A stretch of DNA of 64,000 bases. Origin: Macrostomum lignano (taxonomy: Eukaryota). Shown in pieces: positions 39,085-48,585 of the stretch. Within the stretch, counting starts at the first letter, position 1. Each line of letters begins with the position of its first letter. A program made the position numbers and the translations under genes. The notes under the pieces were generated by a model. The model searched no databases. It had not been told where the DNA came from and saw only the letters and a program-made list of their open reading frames with translations. The DNA lies in assembly GCA_002269645.1 (NCBI GenBank), contig NIVC01000423.1, forward strand, positions 124,357 to 188,356, written 5' to 3'.

Positions 39085-40640
39085 TTCCGGTTTTTGTTAT
39101 CTATGATCCCATTTCCGATTTGTGTTCTCTGTGATCCCATTTCCGATGTGTGTTCCCTGTGATCCCATTTCCGATGTGTGTTCTCTGTGATCCCATTTCC
39201 GATGTGTGTTCTCTGTGATCCCATTTCCGATGTGTGTTCTCTGTGATCCCATTTCCGATGTGTGTTCTCTGTGATCCCATTTCCGATGTGTGTTCTCTGT
39301 GATCCCATTTCCGATGTGTGTTCCCTGTGATCCCATTTCCGATGTGTGTTCTCTGTGATCCCATTTCCGATGTGTGTTCTCTGTGATCCCATTTCCGATG
39401 TGTGTTCTCTGTGATCCCATTTCCGATGTGTGTTCTCTGTGATCCCATTTCCGATGTGTGTTCTCTATGATCCCATTTCCGATGTGTGTTCTCTGTGATC
39501 CATTTCCAGTTTGTGTTCTCTGCGATCCCATTTCCAGTTTGTGTTCTCTGTGATCCCATTTCCGATGTGTGTTCTCTATGATCCCATTTCCGATGTGTGT
39601 TCTCTGTGACCCATTTCCAGTTTGTGTTCTCTGCGATCCCATTTCCGATGTGTGTTCTCTGTGATCCCATTTCCGATGTGTGTTCTCTGTGACCCATTTC
39701 CAGTTTGTGTTCTCTGTGATCCCATTTCCGATGTGTGTTCTCTGTGACCCATTTCCAGTTTGTGTTCTCTGTGATCCCCTTTCCGATGTGTGTTCTCTGT
39801 GACCCATTTCCAGTTTGTGTTCTCTGCGATCCCATTTCCGATGTGTGTTCTCTGTGATCCCATTTCCGATGTGTGTTCTCTGTGACCCATTTCCAGTTTG
39901 TGTTCTCTGTGATCCCATTTCCGATGTGTGTTCTCTGTGACCCATTTCCAGTTTGTGTTCTCTGCGATCCCATTTCCAGTTTGTGTTCTCTGTGATCCCA
40001 TTTCCGATGTGTATGTGTGTTCTCTGTGACCCATTTCCAGTTTGTGTTCTCTGTGATCCCATTTCCGATGTGTGTTCTCTGTGATCCCATTTCCGATGTG
40101 TGTTCTCTGTGATCCCATTTCCGATGTGTGTTCTCTGTGATCCCATTTCCGATGTGTGTTCTCTGTGATCCCATTTCCGATGTGTGTTCCCTGTGATCCC
40201 ATTTCCGATGTGTGTTCTCTGTGATCCCATTTCCGATGTGTGTTCTCTGTGATCCCATTTCCGATGTGTGTTCTCTGTGATCCCATTTCCGATGTGTGTT
40301 CTCTGTGATCCCATTTCCGATGTGTGTTCTCTATGATCCCATTTCCGATGTGTGTTCTCTGTGATCCCATTTCCGATGTGTGTTCTCTATGATCCCATTT
40401 CCGATGTGTGTTCTCTGTGATCCCATTTCCAGTTTGTGTTCTCTGCGATCCCATTTCCAGTTTGTGTTCTCTGTGATCCCATTTCCGATGTGTGTTCTCT
40501 ATGATCCCATTTCCGATGTGTGTTCTCTGTGACCCATTTCCAGTTTGTGTTCTCTGCGATCCCATTTCCGATGTGTGTGTGTGTGTGTGTGTGTTCTCTA
40601 TGTACCATTTCCGATGTGCGTGTTCTCTATGATCACATTT
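39085..40640. repeat. 28/27-bp minisatellite (GATCCCATTTCCGATGTGTGTTCTCTGT)n in ALT-A intron 2
   Basis: Tandem units; 28-aa periodic ORFs. Confidence 0.97.
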
Positions 40641-40687
40641 CCGTTCATTATCATCTTAATAATGACAATGGTGTACTTCTGTTTCAG

Positions 40688-40778
40688 AATGACCATTCTA
40701 CCGCCAGTTGACAAGCTGCGACAGGTCATGGAGCAGTTTCGAGATTTTCATCAGAGTTTTGTGAATCGATTTTCGTAA
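40688..40778 (+). CDS. GPT: ALT paralogue A, exon 3 (stop)
   Basis: R|MTILPPVDKLRQVMEQFRDFHQSFVNRFS*; the spliced CDS is 1464 nt, giving 487 aa. Confidence 0.92.
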
Positions 40779-41380
40779 TAACCAGACGTGCACAGGACGG
40801 GAGCAATTCTTTCAACCTTTTTGTTAGAGATTGCAGTTTTTAAAACTTCTAATTTTTCCAGGATCCGGTTGTCTTAATTAGTTTTATACAATTTTACAAA
40901 TAGAGTTGTATTTGTTAGTGTTGTACCTGTGGTTGTCCTGCTGTACAGCGCAGTGACTTGGGCTCCGTCCTCTCACTTAGAAGCCTTCTTAACTTTAGTA
41001 GCGTAGGTAGTGCTGCCACCAGTTCCTTCAGGTCTCGGCCTTCGGTGAGGTGAGCTTCCCGTCGGAACGAAATAATGAAGTCAACGAACACAGCACGACG
41101 TGCAGATTTGCAGCTCAACGTATAAGGCGTCTCGTCAGCAGCACCTGCCGGGCTTGGATGGTACAGGGAGGGCTGAGTTAGCCTCTCGTAGACTTGGATT
41201 GGTTTGGTCGGGTCTCAGTCGGAGCAATAGGAACAGAATCAATGTGCGCAAAGACTCGGACACTCGGGACTTAGTCACACGCGGACGTAGAACTCGAGGT
41301 TGAACAGAAGGAAGACTCCTTGACGGAAACAAGGGGGAGAGGGCTCCTATTTATAGCCGGGAAATTCCCACGCTCCAGAC

Positions 41381-41560
41381 CTCGTGACTTGTTCTATTTT
41401 TAGAACTGACGTCACTCGAGAGTCTTGGGCAGGGTACAAGCGCGCGGAAGACCTCGTGACTTGTTCTATTTTTAGAACTGACGTCACTCGAGAGTCTTGG
41501 GCAGGGTACAAGCGCGCGGAAGACCTCGTGACTTGTTCTATTTTTAGAACTGACGTCACT
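41381..41560 (-). promoter_or_regulatory. 72-bp U3 direct repeats with CRE sites upstream of the LTR TATA box
   Basis: Units start at 41381, 41453 and 41525; TGACGTCA at 41407, 41479 and 41551; minus-strand TATAAA at 41350-41355 (50116-50121 in the 5' LTR). Confidence 0.7.
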
Positions 41561-42691
41561 TGAGGTCCCCGGCCAGAGTACACGCGGCTGTGACTCAGTT
41601 GCTATTTTTAGCAACATGAGTCACTCCTCTCCTTAGAGAAGGGAAGGGTCCGAAAGCACGTGACTCACCCGGTAAACAGGGCCAACGAGTGCAGTAAACA
41701 TGTTTACTGCACTTTAAGACTCAAAGAACGCAAGAACTGTCATGTGACTTGCTCACAAGACAGGGAAAACGGGACGGGAGCGAAACAGAGACAGCCCACA
41801 GTCGAGAGACTGAGGGCTGAGAACGGAAACGCAACAGGGCGGAAAGGACACGGGGGCAACAGGCAAGCGAAAGGAGGGCGGGAAGCTGACCAGCGGCAGA
41901 CAGCAACCCAAAGGGAGGGCGAGGGAACGGCTGACAAGGGTGACGCCTAGCCATAAACTAGCGGCTCACTACACTCTCCCCGTTCAAATAAAGAGGCGGA
42001 GTGAAGGCGGAGCGCGCCTTTATTTAAAAAGGTAAACTGCAGAAAATAAAATTTTGATTGGCAAAAAGGTGGTAACTTTGGCAGAATAGCAGAAGAGGGT
42101 GGGTCAGGCCCATGATTGCGACCCAAAACGCACGGCGGGGGCGCCTGCCCGCATGAATTCAGCGCCTAAATACCGGGGTGCTTTAAATAATAGCAGGGCC
42201 CGTGGGGGAGAAAGGGGATACCTGAGCAGGTATGGGGACGTAAAAATAGAGGCCGCAATCGGACTTAAACGCGCGGCTGGGCGAGAGCCGTAAAACTGCC
42301 CCATACGGTATTAGTGGAACACACCAAATGCAGACGGGGGGGCGCCAGCCCCAAGAAAGCAAGAAGCGCCTAAATACAAAGGGATGCGGGAGTTCTTGCA
42401 GAGCCCTGGGGAAGAAAAGCAAGGGACTGGCCAGAGGCCTTCAAAGGGTTATCATCAGCTTGAGCACAAATGGCAAATGCTGCTCACAAAAGGAGAAAAT
42501 TAAATGGCGCGATTGCGCAAAATTCGCACAGTTGCTATGGGCGCTAAGTCAGTGGCGCCGAAGGGTTTCGCACTAGGCTGCTTCCTAAAATCAATCAGTC
42601 CGCCCTGCCGCAGTTCATTATGATCTCGGGCACTGCCGGTGTGCGCCCAGCAATTTGCCCAGCGATTAGCTGAGCTACAACGCGCGCTGTC

Positions 42692-45600
42692 TCAGGGTGC
42701 GGTGGTCGTCTGAGCGTGGGCTCGGCGAGTTGGTGAGTCCAAACCCGTCAGGTCGATGCAGACGGGAGCGGCAGTTCGCGGTCGGCGCTGCCCCTTGGCT
42801 TCGGGCTTGGTGTCGGTCGTGGCGGGCTTGGGTCGCTCCCGGCTGGTTTCTGCGGCCTCGCGTGCTTGGTCGGCCTCGACCTGGCGTCGGATTGTCGCGA
42901 TTCCTTGGGCGACAGCTTCCGTGCTGGCTGTTGACGCAGCCGCCTGTCCTCCTGATGAGGTTGGCGCTAGACGACGGACGACGGCCGGGTTCTCCGAGGG
43001 CGTCCCCTCGGCACCGGCGGTCCGGTTGTGCCCCGGTCGGCGTCGACGTCTGCGCCTCCTTGACGGGCGGTGGTTCTCCTCCGGCAGCGGCGTAGCTCCG
43101 CCGTCCTGGCGGAAGCCGAGCCGGAGCTGGGGAGGAATGCGATGAGCCTCTCGGTGCTCGCCAGATTCGAGCTGGCCGGCCGCTGCGCCGATCGGAGGCC
43201 CCGGTTCAACATAGTAACGGGGTCGATTGAGGCGAGCCTCAGTAGGCGGCGAGCGCTCAGTGCGCTTAGCAATACGGCGCGGTTGCATTTCTGCGCTGAA
43301 ATTCGTTTTAGTTTGTGCGCGGATGCGGGCGGTGCGGCTAACGTAAGTTTTAGCCCTAGGATTAATAATCAGCCTCTCAGGCTGCCTACGGTTCCTAGCC
43401 GGCCTACCGGCATCTACAGTTCCTAATGACGCTTCCACCGGAGTGGTGCATAGCGACGGCCCAGGGGTCTGGACCACAGAAAAAGCAGCACTGGGGGCGG
43501 GAGCAGAAACGGGCGGAAAAGAAACAACAGGCGTAGACGCATCAAGAACAGGCTCATGCAAATGACATTCACCATACGGCACTGGCTCACGCCGAAGTGC
43601 ACTTGCCTGGTTCGCTGGTGTCGTGACCGGTCCACCTCCTGGCTGCACCTCCGGGATCGCCAAAGGCCGGAAGTGCCATCGGAAGGCCGGCCTTGCGTCG
43701 TAGCCGTTATCATCATCGTCGTCGGGGTCGTCCTGGTCGTCCTCGGGAATCGGCGTCAGGGTCGCGGGTCCTGCGCCGTCGGGGACGTCGGGCGGTCGCC
43801 GACGCTTCTTCGGTTTGTCGACTTCAGGATCGGAAGTCCTCGTGTAATCGGCGTCAGGCACGAGTAGGAGGTTCCGGCGATGGACGATTAGTTCGTCTCG
43901 TCTGGCTCTCGGGTTGGGCAGTCTCCGTCGAATCTTGTAGACGACCTCGCCCTTGGGCTCGACGACTTCGTATAGGGCTTTGCGAGGTCGATGAAACTTC
44001 GCCGCCTCATCCGGTTCGAGTACCGGGTTGTTGAGGAAGACCAGATCGCCGGGTTGGAGCTTCTTGGCGACGGGCAGGTTCGAGTAGTGCTCGTCTCGCA
44101 GTTGCTGATGCAGATGCAGGCGCTCCTTGGCTAGCTCAGTCGCCTCGTCCAGGCGACGTTGGAAGTCCTTGACATAGTCGGGCAGGTTGGCATACTCGGG
44201 CAGCTTCTTTAGCGAGTTGTCGATCGGAAGTCGGAAGTCACGGCCGAACACCAGGTAGTGAGGCGTGAAACCTGTCACCGGGTGCACGCTGGAACGGAGA
44301 GCCATCAGACAAGCTGGGAGGAAGGTGTCCCAGTCGTTATGGTTGCGCTCGAGCAGACAGGTGAGGACACTCTTCAGCTGTTTGTTGAGGTTCTCGACTT
44401 GTCCGTTGGAAGCTGGATTGTACGGTGTTGTTGTCGTATGCCGAATGCCAAACAGGTCGCAGAACTTCTTGAAGGCGGAGCCGGTGAAGTTGGTGCCTTG
44501 ATCGGTGTGAATCCAGCATGGTACACCGAACTCGGGGATGAAGCGCTCCTGCAGAAGCTTGATGACTGTTTTGGCTTTCTGGTTTCTCATCGGGTAGGCG
44601 AATGGATACTTCGACGTCGCATCGCACAAGGTCAGGATGTAGCGGTTGCCGCTCTTGCTCTTCTGCGCGATTGGTCCTACTACATCACAGTGGATTCTAC
44701 CCAGAACTTCGCAAACTGGGAAGCTCTGGACCGGAACTCTCTCTCGCCGTCGCGATTTACTTTCAAGGCAAGTGCGGCACTTACTGATGAAGGTCTTGGT
44801 AGCACGGGCTAATCCGGGTCTCCAGAACCGTTCTCGTAGCCGCAGTAACGTCTTCGTCTCGCCGAGGTGTCCACACAGTGGCGAACTGTGGAGCTCCTGG
44901 AGCACCTGGGCGTCAAGGGCCTCAGGCAGAACAACCTTTGGCGGCTGCTGGCCATCGGACAGGTCAATCAGCAGCAGGCCGTTGTCCTCCTGCAGGTTCT
45001 CGTAGTATCCGAGCAGGTTCCGCTGCTCCTTCTTCAGTCGCAACCGGGCGTCGAACTCAGGCTTCGGGGCTTCGTTCTCGACCAAGTTGAGCACGTAGCT
45101 GATGGCTCGATCAGCGCGCTGGGCTTCAACGAACTGTTGGCGAGTCATCGGCAGCTTCAGAAAATCAGTGAGCACAGCGCGGCATGGCTGAGGGGTCCGG
45201 ATTCCCGCAGTCTCCGCTTTAATGGCTCCAGGTCGATCACACGGCACCGTCTTGTCGGCGTCAGGATTAGGTCGCTCCGAGGGACTTTGTCTCACAACGT
45301 CGGCGTACGTCCGTTGATCTCGATTCGAAGTTCTCTTCATCGCTCTCAAGACAGAAAAATCCGCAGATGGAGCAGCGCGCATGCCTCCACTGCATAGCAC
45401 AGGCGACTCTTGGCTGTAGGGCGGGACGCAACACGTGAAGCACGCTTCGTCGCAGGCAGCCGTAGCCGTCGGCTCAGTCGTCGTCAAAATTGGGTGAGTC
45501 TTCTCCTGCACTGGGCGGTGTCGCAAAGGGGGACTCGACTTTCCGCACAGGCGATGAGCAGCTGTCTGTCGGCCCGGGGGACAGAGCTTCGACCTTGCAG

Positions 45601-46378
45601 CTGGCGCGAGATTCTGGCCTCTGTCAACACGGCGAGAAATCCCAGCGAAAGGCTCGGAAGGGTTGTAGTTAAATTGCTTGCCTGGAGTTGCGTTGCGGGC
45701 CGTCATCAGAAGGGCTGCTGGTGCGGTGGCCTTTGAATCTTGGTCCGGGGGCGTCTCCAGAGTCCGAGACCTGTAGTCTTGGGCGTCGTCAAGGAGGTCT
45801 GTGTCCACAGTGGCCTCAAGGTCTTCGTCCAGGTTGGTCTCCAAATTGCAGCGGGCGGCATGGGCATCGCGGCAGAGGGCTGTTGTCGCAGTGGCCTCTG
45901 AGTTGTCGTCCAGGCCGGTCTCCAGGCGTTGACTGCAGCGGTGGGCGTCGTGTTGGAAGGCTGCTGGCGCGGTGGCTTCCAGGTCTTCGTCCAGGTCAGT
46001 CTCGGCCTCCAAGCAGCGAGATTGGACTGTCTTCTGGAGGGCTGCTCTGGCAGTGGCCTCGGGTGTCAGGTCCGAATCCGGTTCCAGGTCGTGGTTGTCA
46101 CCGGGTCGGGCTGCAGAACCAGGTTGCTCTAGCAGTCGGCCATGCTCGCAGGAGATCGGCGGCGCCTCCGGTCTTCTTGACAGGGCATCAGCGTTGGCGT
46201 GGTCCTTGCCTTTGCGGTGGTTGAGCTGGAAGCGGAACTCGCTTAGGCGTTCGATCCAGCGGCCTAAAATACCTGTGGCCTGAGTCTGGTTCAGTAACCA
46301 CAGTAAGGCCCGATGATCGGATCGAACTTCAAACTTCTTGCCAATTAAATAATGACGGAAATGTCGCATAGCGTCCAC
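42692..46378 (-). CDS. pol: Element 2 pol 3' part: RNase H end, long linker, integrase, long C-terminal extension
   Basis: RSDHRALLWL and HANADALSR (RNase H end); LHSSPLCGHLG...CRTC (HHCC); HCDVVGP, HTDQGTNF and NGQVENLN (DDE core). Confidence 0.93.
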   Translation of the reverse strand: MDAMRHFRHYLIGKKFEVRSDHRALLWLLNQTQATGILGRWIERLSEFRFQLNHRKGKDHANADALSRRPEAPPISCEHGRLLEQPGSAARPGDNHDLEPDSDLTPEATARAALQKTVQSRCLEAETDLDEDLEATAPAAFQHDAHRCSQRLETGLDDNSEATATTALCRDAHAARCNLETNLDEDLEATVDTDLLDDAQDYRSRTLETPPDQDSKATAPAALLMTARNATPGKQFNYNPSEPFAGISRRVDRGQNLAPAARSKLCPPGRQTAAHRLCGKSSPPLRHRPVQEKTHPILTTTEPTATAACDEACFTCCVPPYSQESPVLCSGGMRAAPSADFSVLRAMKRTSNRDQRTYADVVRQSPSERPNPDADKTVPCDRPGAIKAETAGIRTPQPCRAVLTDFLKLPMTRQQFVEAQRADRAISYVLNLVENEAPKPEFDARLRLKKEQRNLLGYYENLQEDNGLLLIDLSDGQQPPKVVLPEALDAQVLQELHSSPLCGHLGETKTLLRLRERFWRPGLARATKTFISKCRTCLESKSRRRERVPVQSFPVCEVLGRIHCDVVGPIAQKSKSGNRYILTLCDATSKYPFAYPMRNQKAKTVIKLLQERFIPEFGVPCWIHTDQGTNFTGSAFKKFCDLFGIRHTTTTPYNPASNGQVENLNKQLKSVLTCLLERNHNDWDTFLPACLMALRSSVHPVTGFTPHYLVFGRDFRLPIDNSLKKLPEYANLPDYVKDFQRRLDEATELAKERLHLHQQLRDEHYSNLPVAKKLQPGDLVFLNNPVLEPDEAAKFHRPRKALYEVVEPKGEVVYKIRRRLPNPRARRDELIVHRRNLLLVPDADYTRTSDPEVDKPKKRRRPPDVPDGAGPATLTPIPEDDQDDPDDDDDNGYDARPAFRWHFRPLAIPEVQPGGGPVTTPANQASALRREPVPYGECHLHEPVLDASTPVVSFPPVSAPAPSAAFSVVQTPGPSLCTTPVEASLGTVDAGRPARNRRQPERLIINPRAKTYVSRTARIRAQTKTNFSAEMQPRRIAKRTERSPPTEARLNRPRYYVEPGPPIGAAAGQLESGEHREAHRIPPQLRLGFRQDGGATPLPEENHRPSRRRRRRRRPGHNRTAGAEGTPSENPAVVRRLAPTSSGGQAAASTASTEAVAQGIATIRRQVEADQAREAAETSRERPKPATTDTKPEAKGQRRPRTAAPVCIDLTGLDSPTRRAHAQTTTAP

Positions 46379-48585
46379 AATTGCAAGCAGCTCTTTTTCG
46401 TGACCGTGTAGCGCTTCTCAGGATCGCGAAGTTTACGGCTAAAGAATGCAATTGGACGTTCGACGCCGTCGGATTGCAGTTGTCCAAGGCAAGCGCCTAT
46501 TCGAATATCAGAGGCATCCGTGTCGAGGACAAACTTCACAGCAGGATCAGAATTAAATTCAGGCAGAGCGAGAACTTCAGTAGAACACAATTTCTTCTTC
46601 AAAGTGTCGAACGCTAACTGATGCTCGGGAGTCCAATGCTGCCGCAGGCTGCCAATGTCCTTTCGCGTCAGGGCATGCAGCGGCGCAGCCACTCCAGCGT
46701 AGCCGTCGACAAACTTGTGGTAGTAATTGGCGAGGCCTAGGAATTGTCTCAGTTGAGTAACGGACTGTGGCACGGGCCAATCACGGATCTGCGCAATCTT
46801 GTCCTCACAGGTCTTCAGGCCGTCGGGAGTCACGACGTGACCTAAATAATGCAGCTCCTTGAGGAACAAATGACACTTCTTCGGTTTCACTTTGAGTTTG
46901 GCTGCGATGATGCGCTGGAGTACAGTTCGCAAGTTATCCAGCTGTTCCTCGAAAGTCACTGAGTGCACCACGATGTCGTCCATGTAGCCAAGCGCAGTCT
47001 TTGGCGTCAGGCCGTCCAGGAGCTTATTGATGCAACGCTGAAAGCTGCCGGGACTATCGTGGAGACCCATCGGTAGAACGTTAAAACAGAATTGGCCGCG
47101 GTCGATCACTGAGAATGCCGTCAAGTGCTGGTCGCATTCGCGCAGCGGGATTTGCCAGAATCCTTGAGCAAGGTCCAAGCTAGAATACCACTGAGCACCA
47201 CGAAGCTTCGCGAAGGTTTCCTGGATGTGCGGGAGCGGATACGGGTGATACACACACCTGTCGTTGAGAGCTCTGAAGTCGTGGACTAGTCGGATGTTGC
47301 CGTCCTTCTTGGGCACGATGAGCATTGGCGAATTGTAGCTCGAGTAGGCAGGGCGAATGATGTGCTTCGCCAGCATCTCGTCTAGCAAGGCGTCGAGCTT
47401 GTCCTTCAGATGAGGCGGGATTCGGCGTGGTGGTAGCGCAACTGGTGTCCGGTCCTTCAAGATGATCTCGTGGGTCACCAGGTGAGTCAGGCCGGCGTCT
47501 AGCAGGTGCTTGGAGAAGGCCGCTTGACATTCAACTAGTAGATCTCGCACTCGCTGATGTTGTTCTTTGGACAATTCGCTGTTGATCTCGACTTCATCTA
47601 GCCATGCTGTGCTGGACTCTTCAGAGTTCTTCGGGAGGTGTCGCACTTCAGGTTCGGGCGTCTCGCTCAAGTACATCAGGTCGGCAGTTCGGAGTGGCGT
47701 CGCAACACCAACACGGATACCGGCTTGCAGGAACACCTCGCTGTCGGCGGTGTTGACGACCTCAATGTAGCCGCGACCTTCAGGCATCGTCATCAGAGCA
47801 GGCGCTGCTTCCAGAGCGTTGCAGCTGGGATGCAGCCTCGACTTAACCAGCTCGACAATTGATGGCGATCCTCGATTCTCGGAATGGCCGTCATCCAATC
47901 TGACGGGAAGCAGCGCTGAACTTCTAGGCGGCAGGGTGCACTTCTCGGAGGTGTACACTCGGCAGGTTTGAAGCTCACGACGCGAATAACGAACAGGGAT
48001 ACACGTGCCATTGTTGAACGTTAGCATTCCTTGAGCGAAGTCCAAGTTCTGGCAGTGCTCTCGCATAAACGATACGCCAAGCAAATTTTCACAATCGGAG
48101 ACCGTGACGAGGAATTCGGTGTCCGCGACGACATCACCAAACTCCACGGGGATGGTCACCTTACAAGCAAGTGGGAGCTGCGTCCCATCATACATAGTTA
48201 CGCAATCGGGATTAGCATGCAATATAATACAACGAGGCATCCGACGTCTAATAGCGGCCCAGGTTGACGAACCAAGAAAGTTTTTCCGGCTGCCGCTGTC
48301 TAGCAAGAAAGGGACCTCTCGACTCGCAACTCGACCTGTGACGTACGGATCGGCCTCACGCGCATGGATTTTTTGATTCGGGGAGGTGTCCACGAAACCT
48401 CCGCACTCCGCGTCACTTACTGACGAGCGACTGTCGGACTGGGCATTGGCGCCTGCACAGCCGACATCCTCTTCTTCTGGTGACCTCTCGGAGTCTGCCA
48501 AGTAGCCTGGGCTTGGACCTCGCGGAGGGCGGTGCCGTTGTCGCTCTCCGCCTGGCCGTTTCCCTGGTTCTGGCGCGTCGGGCAC
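46345..48585 (-). CDS. pol: Element 2 pol 5' part: protease, reverse transcriptase, RNase H
   Basis: FLLDSGS (protease), LDLAQGFWQIPL and YMDDIVV (RT), LDTDASD (RNase H). Overlaps gag in the -1 frame; a 1-nt frame break occurs at 46394-46398. Confidence 0.95.
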   Translation of the reverse strand: MPDAPEPGKRPGGERQRHRPPRGPSPGYLADSERSPEEEDVGCAGANAQSDSRSSVSDAECGGFVDTSPNQKIHAREADPYVTGRVASREVPFLLDSGSRKNFLGSSTWAAIRRRMPRCIILHANPDCVTMYDGTQLPLACKVTIPVEFGDVVADTEFLVTVSDCENLLGVSFMREHCQNLDFAQGMLTFNNGTCIPVRYSRRELQTCRVYTSEKCTLPPRSSALLPVRLDDGHSENRGSPSIVELVKSRLHPSCNALEAAPALMTMPEGRGYIEVVNTADSEVFLQAGIRVGVATPLRTADLMYLSETPEPEVRHLPKNSEESSTAWLDEVEINSELSKEQHQRVRDLLVECQAAFSKHLLDAGLTHLVTHEIILKDRTPVALPPRRIPPHLKDKLDALLDEMLAKHIIRPAYSSYNSPMLIVPKKDGNIRLVHDFRALNDRCVYHPYPLPHIQETFAKLRGAQWYSSLDLAQGFWQIPLRECDQHLTAFSVIDRGQFCFNVLPMGLHDSPGSFQRCINKLLDGLTPKTALGYMDDIVVHSVTFEEQLDNLRTVLQRIIAAKLKVKPKKCHLFLKELHYLGHVVTPDGLKTCEDKIAQIRDWPVPQSVTQLRQFLGLANYYHKFVDGYAGVAAPLHALTRKDIGSLRQHWTPEHQLAFDTLKKKLCSTEVLALPEFNSDPAVKFVLDTDASDIRIGACLGQLQSDGVERPIAFFSRKLRDPEKRYTVTKKSCLQLWTLCDISVII

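Noticed and set aside
41975-42690. env-like third ORF between pol and the 3' LTR
   Set aside because: Only short ORFs are present, with no signal peptide, furin site or transmembrane segment.
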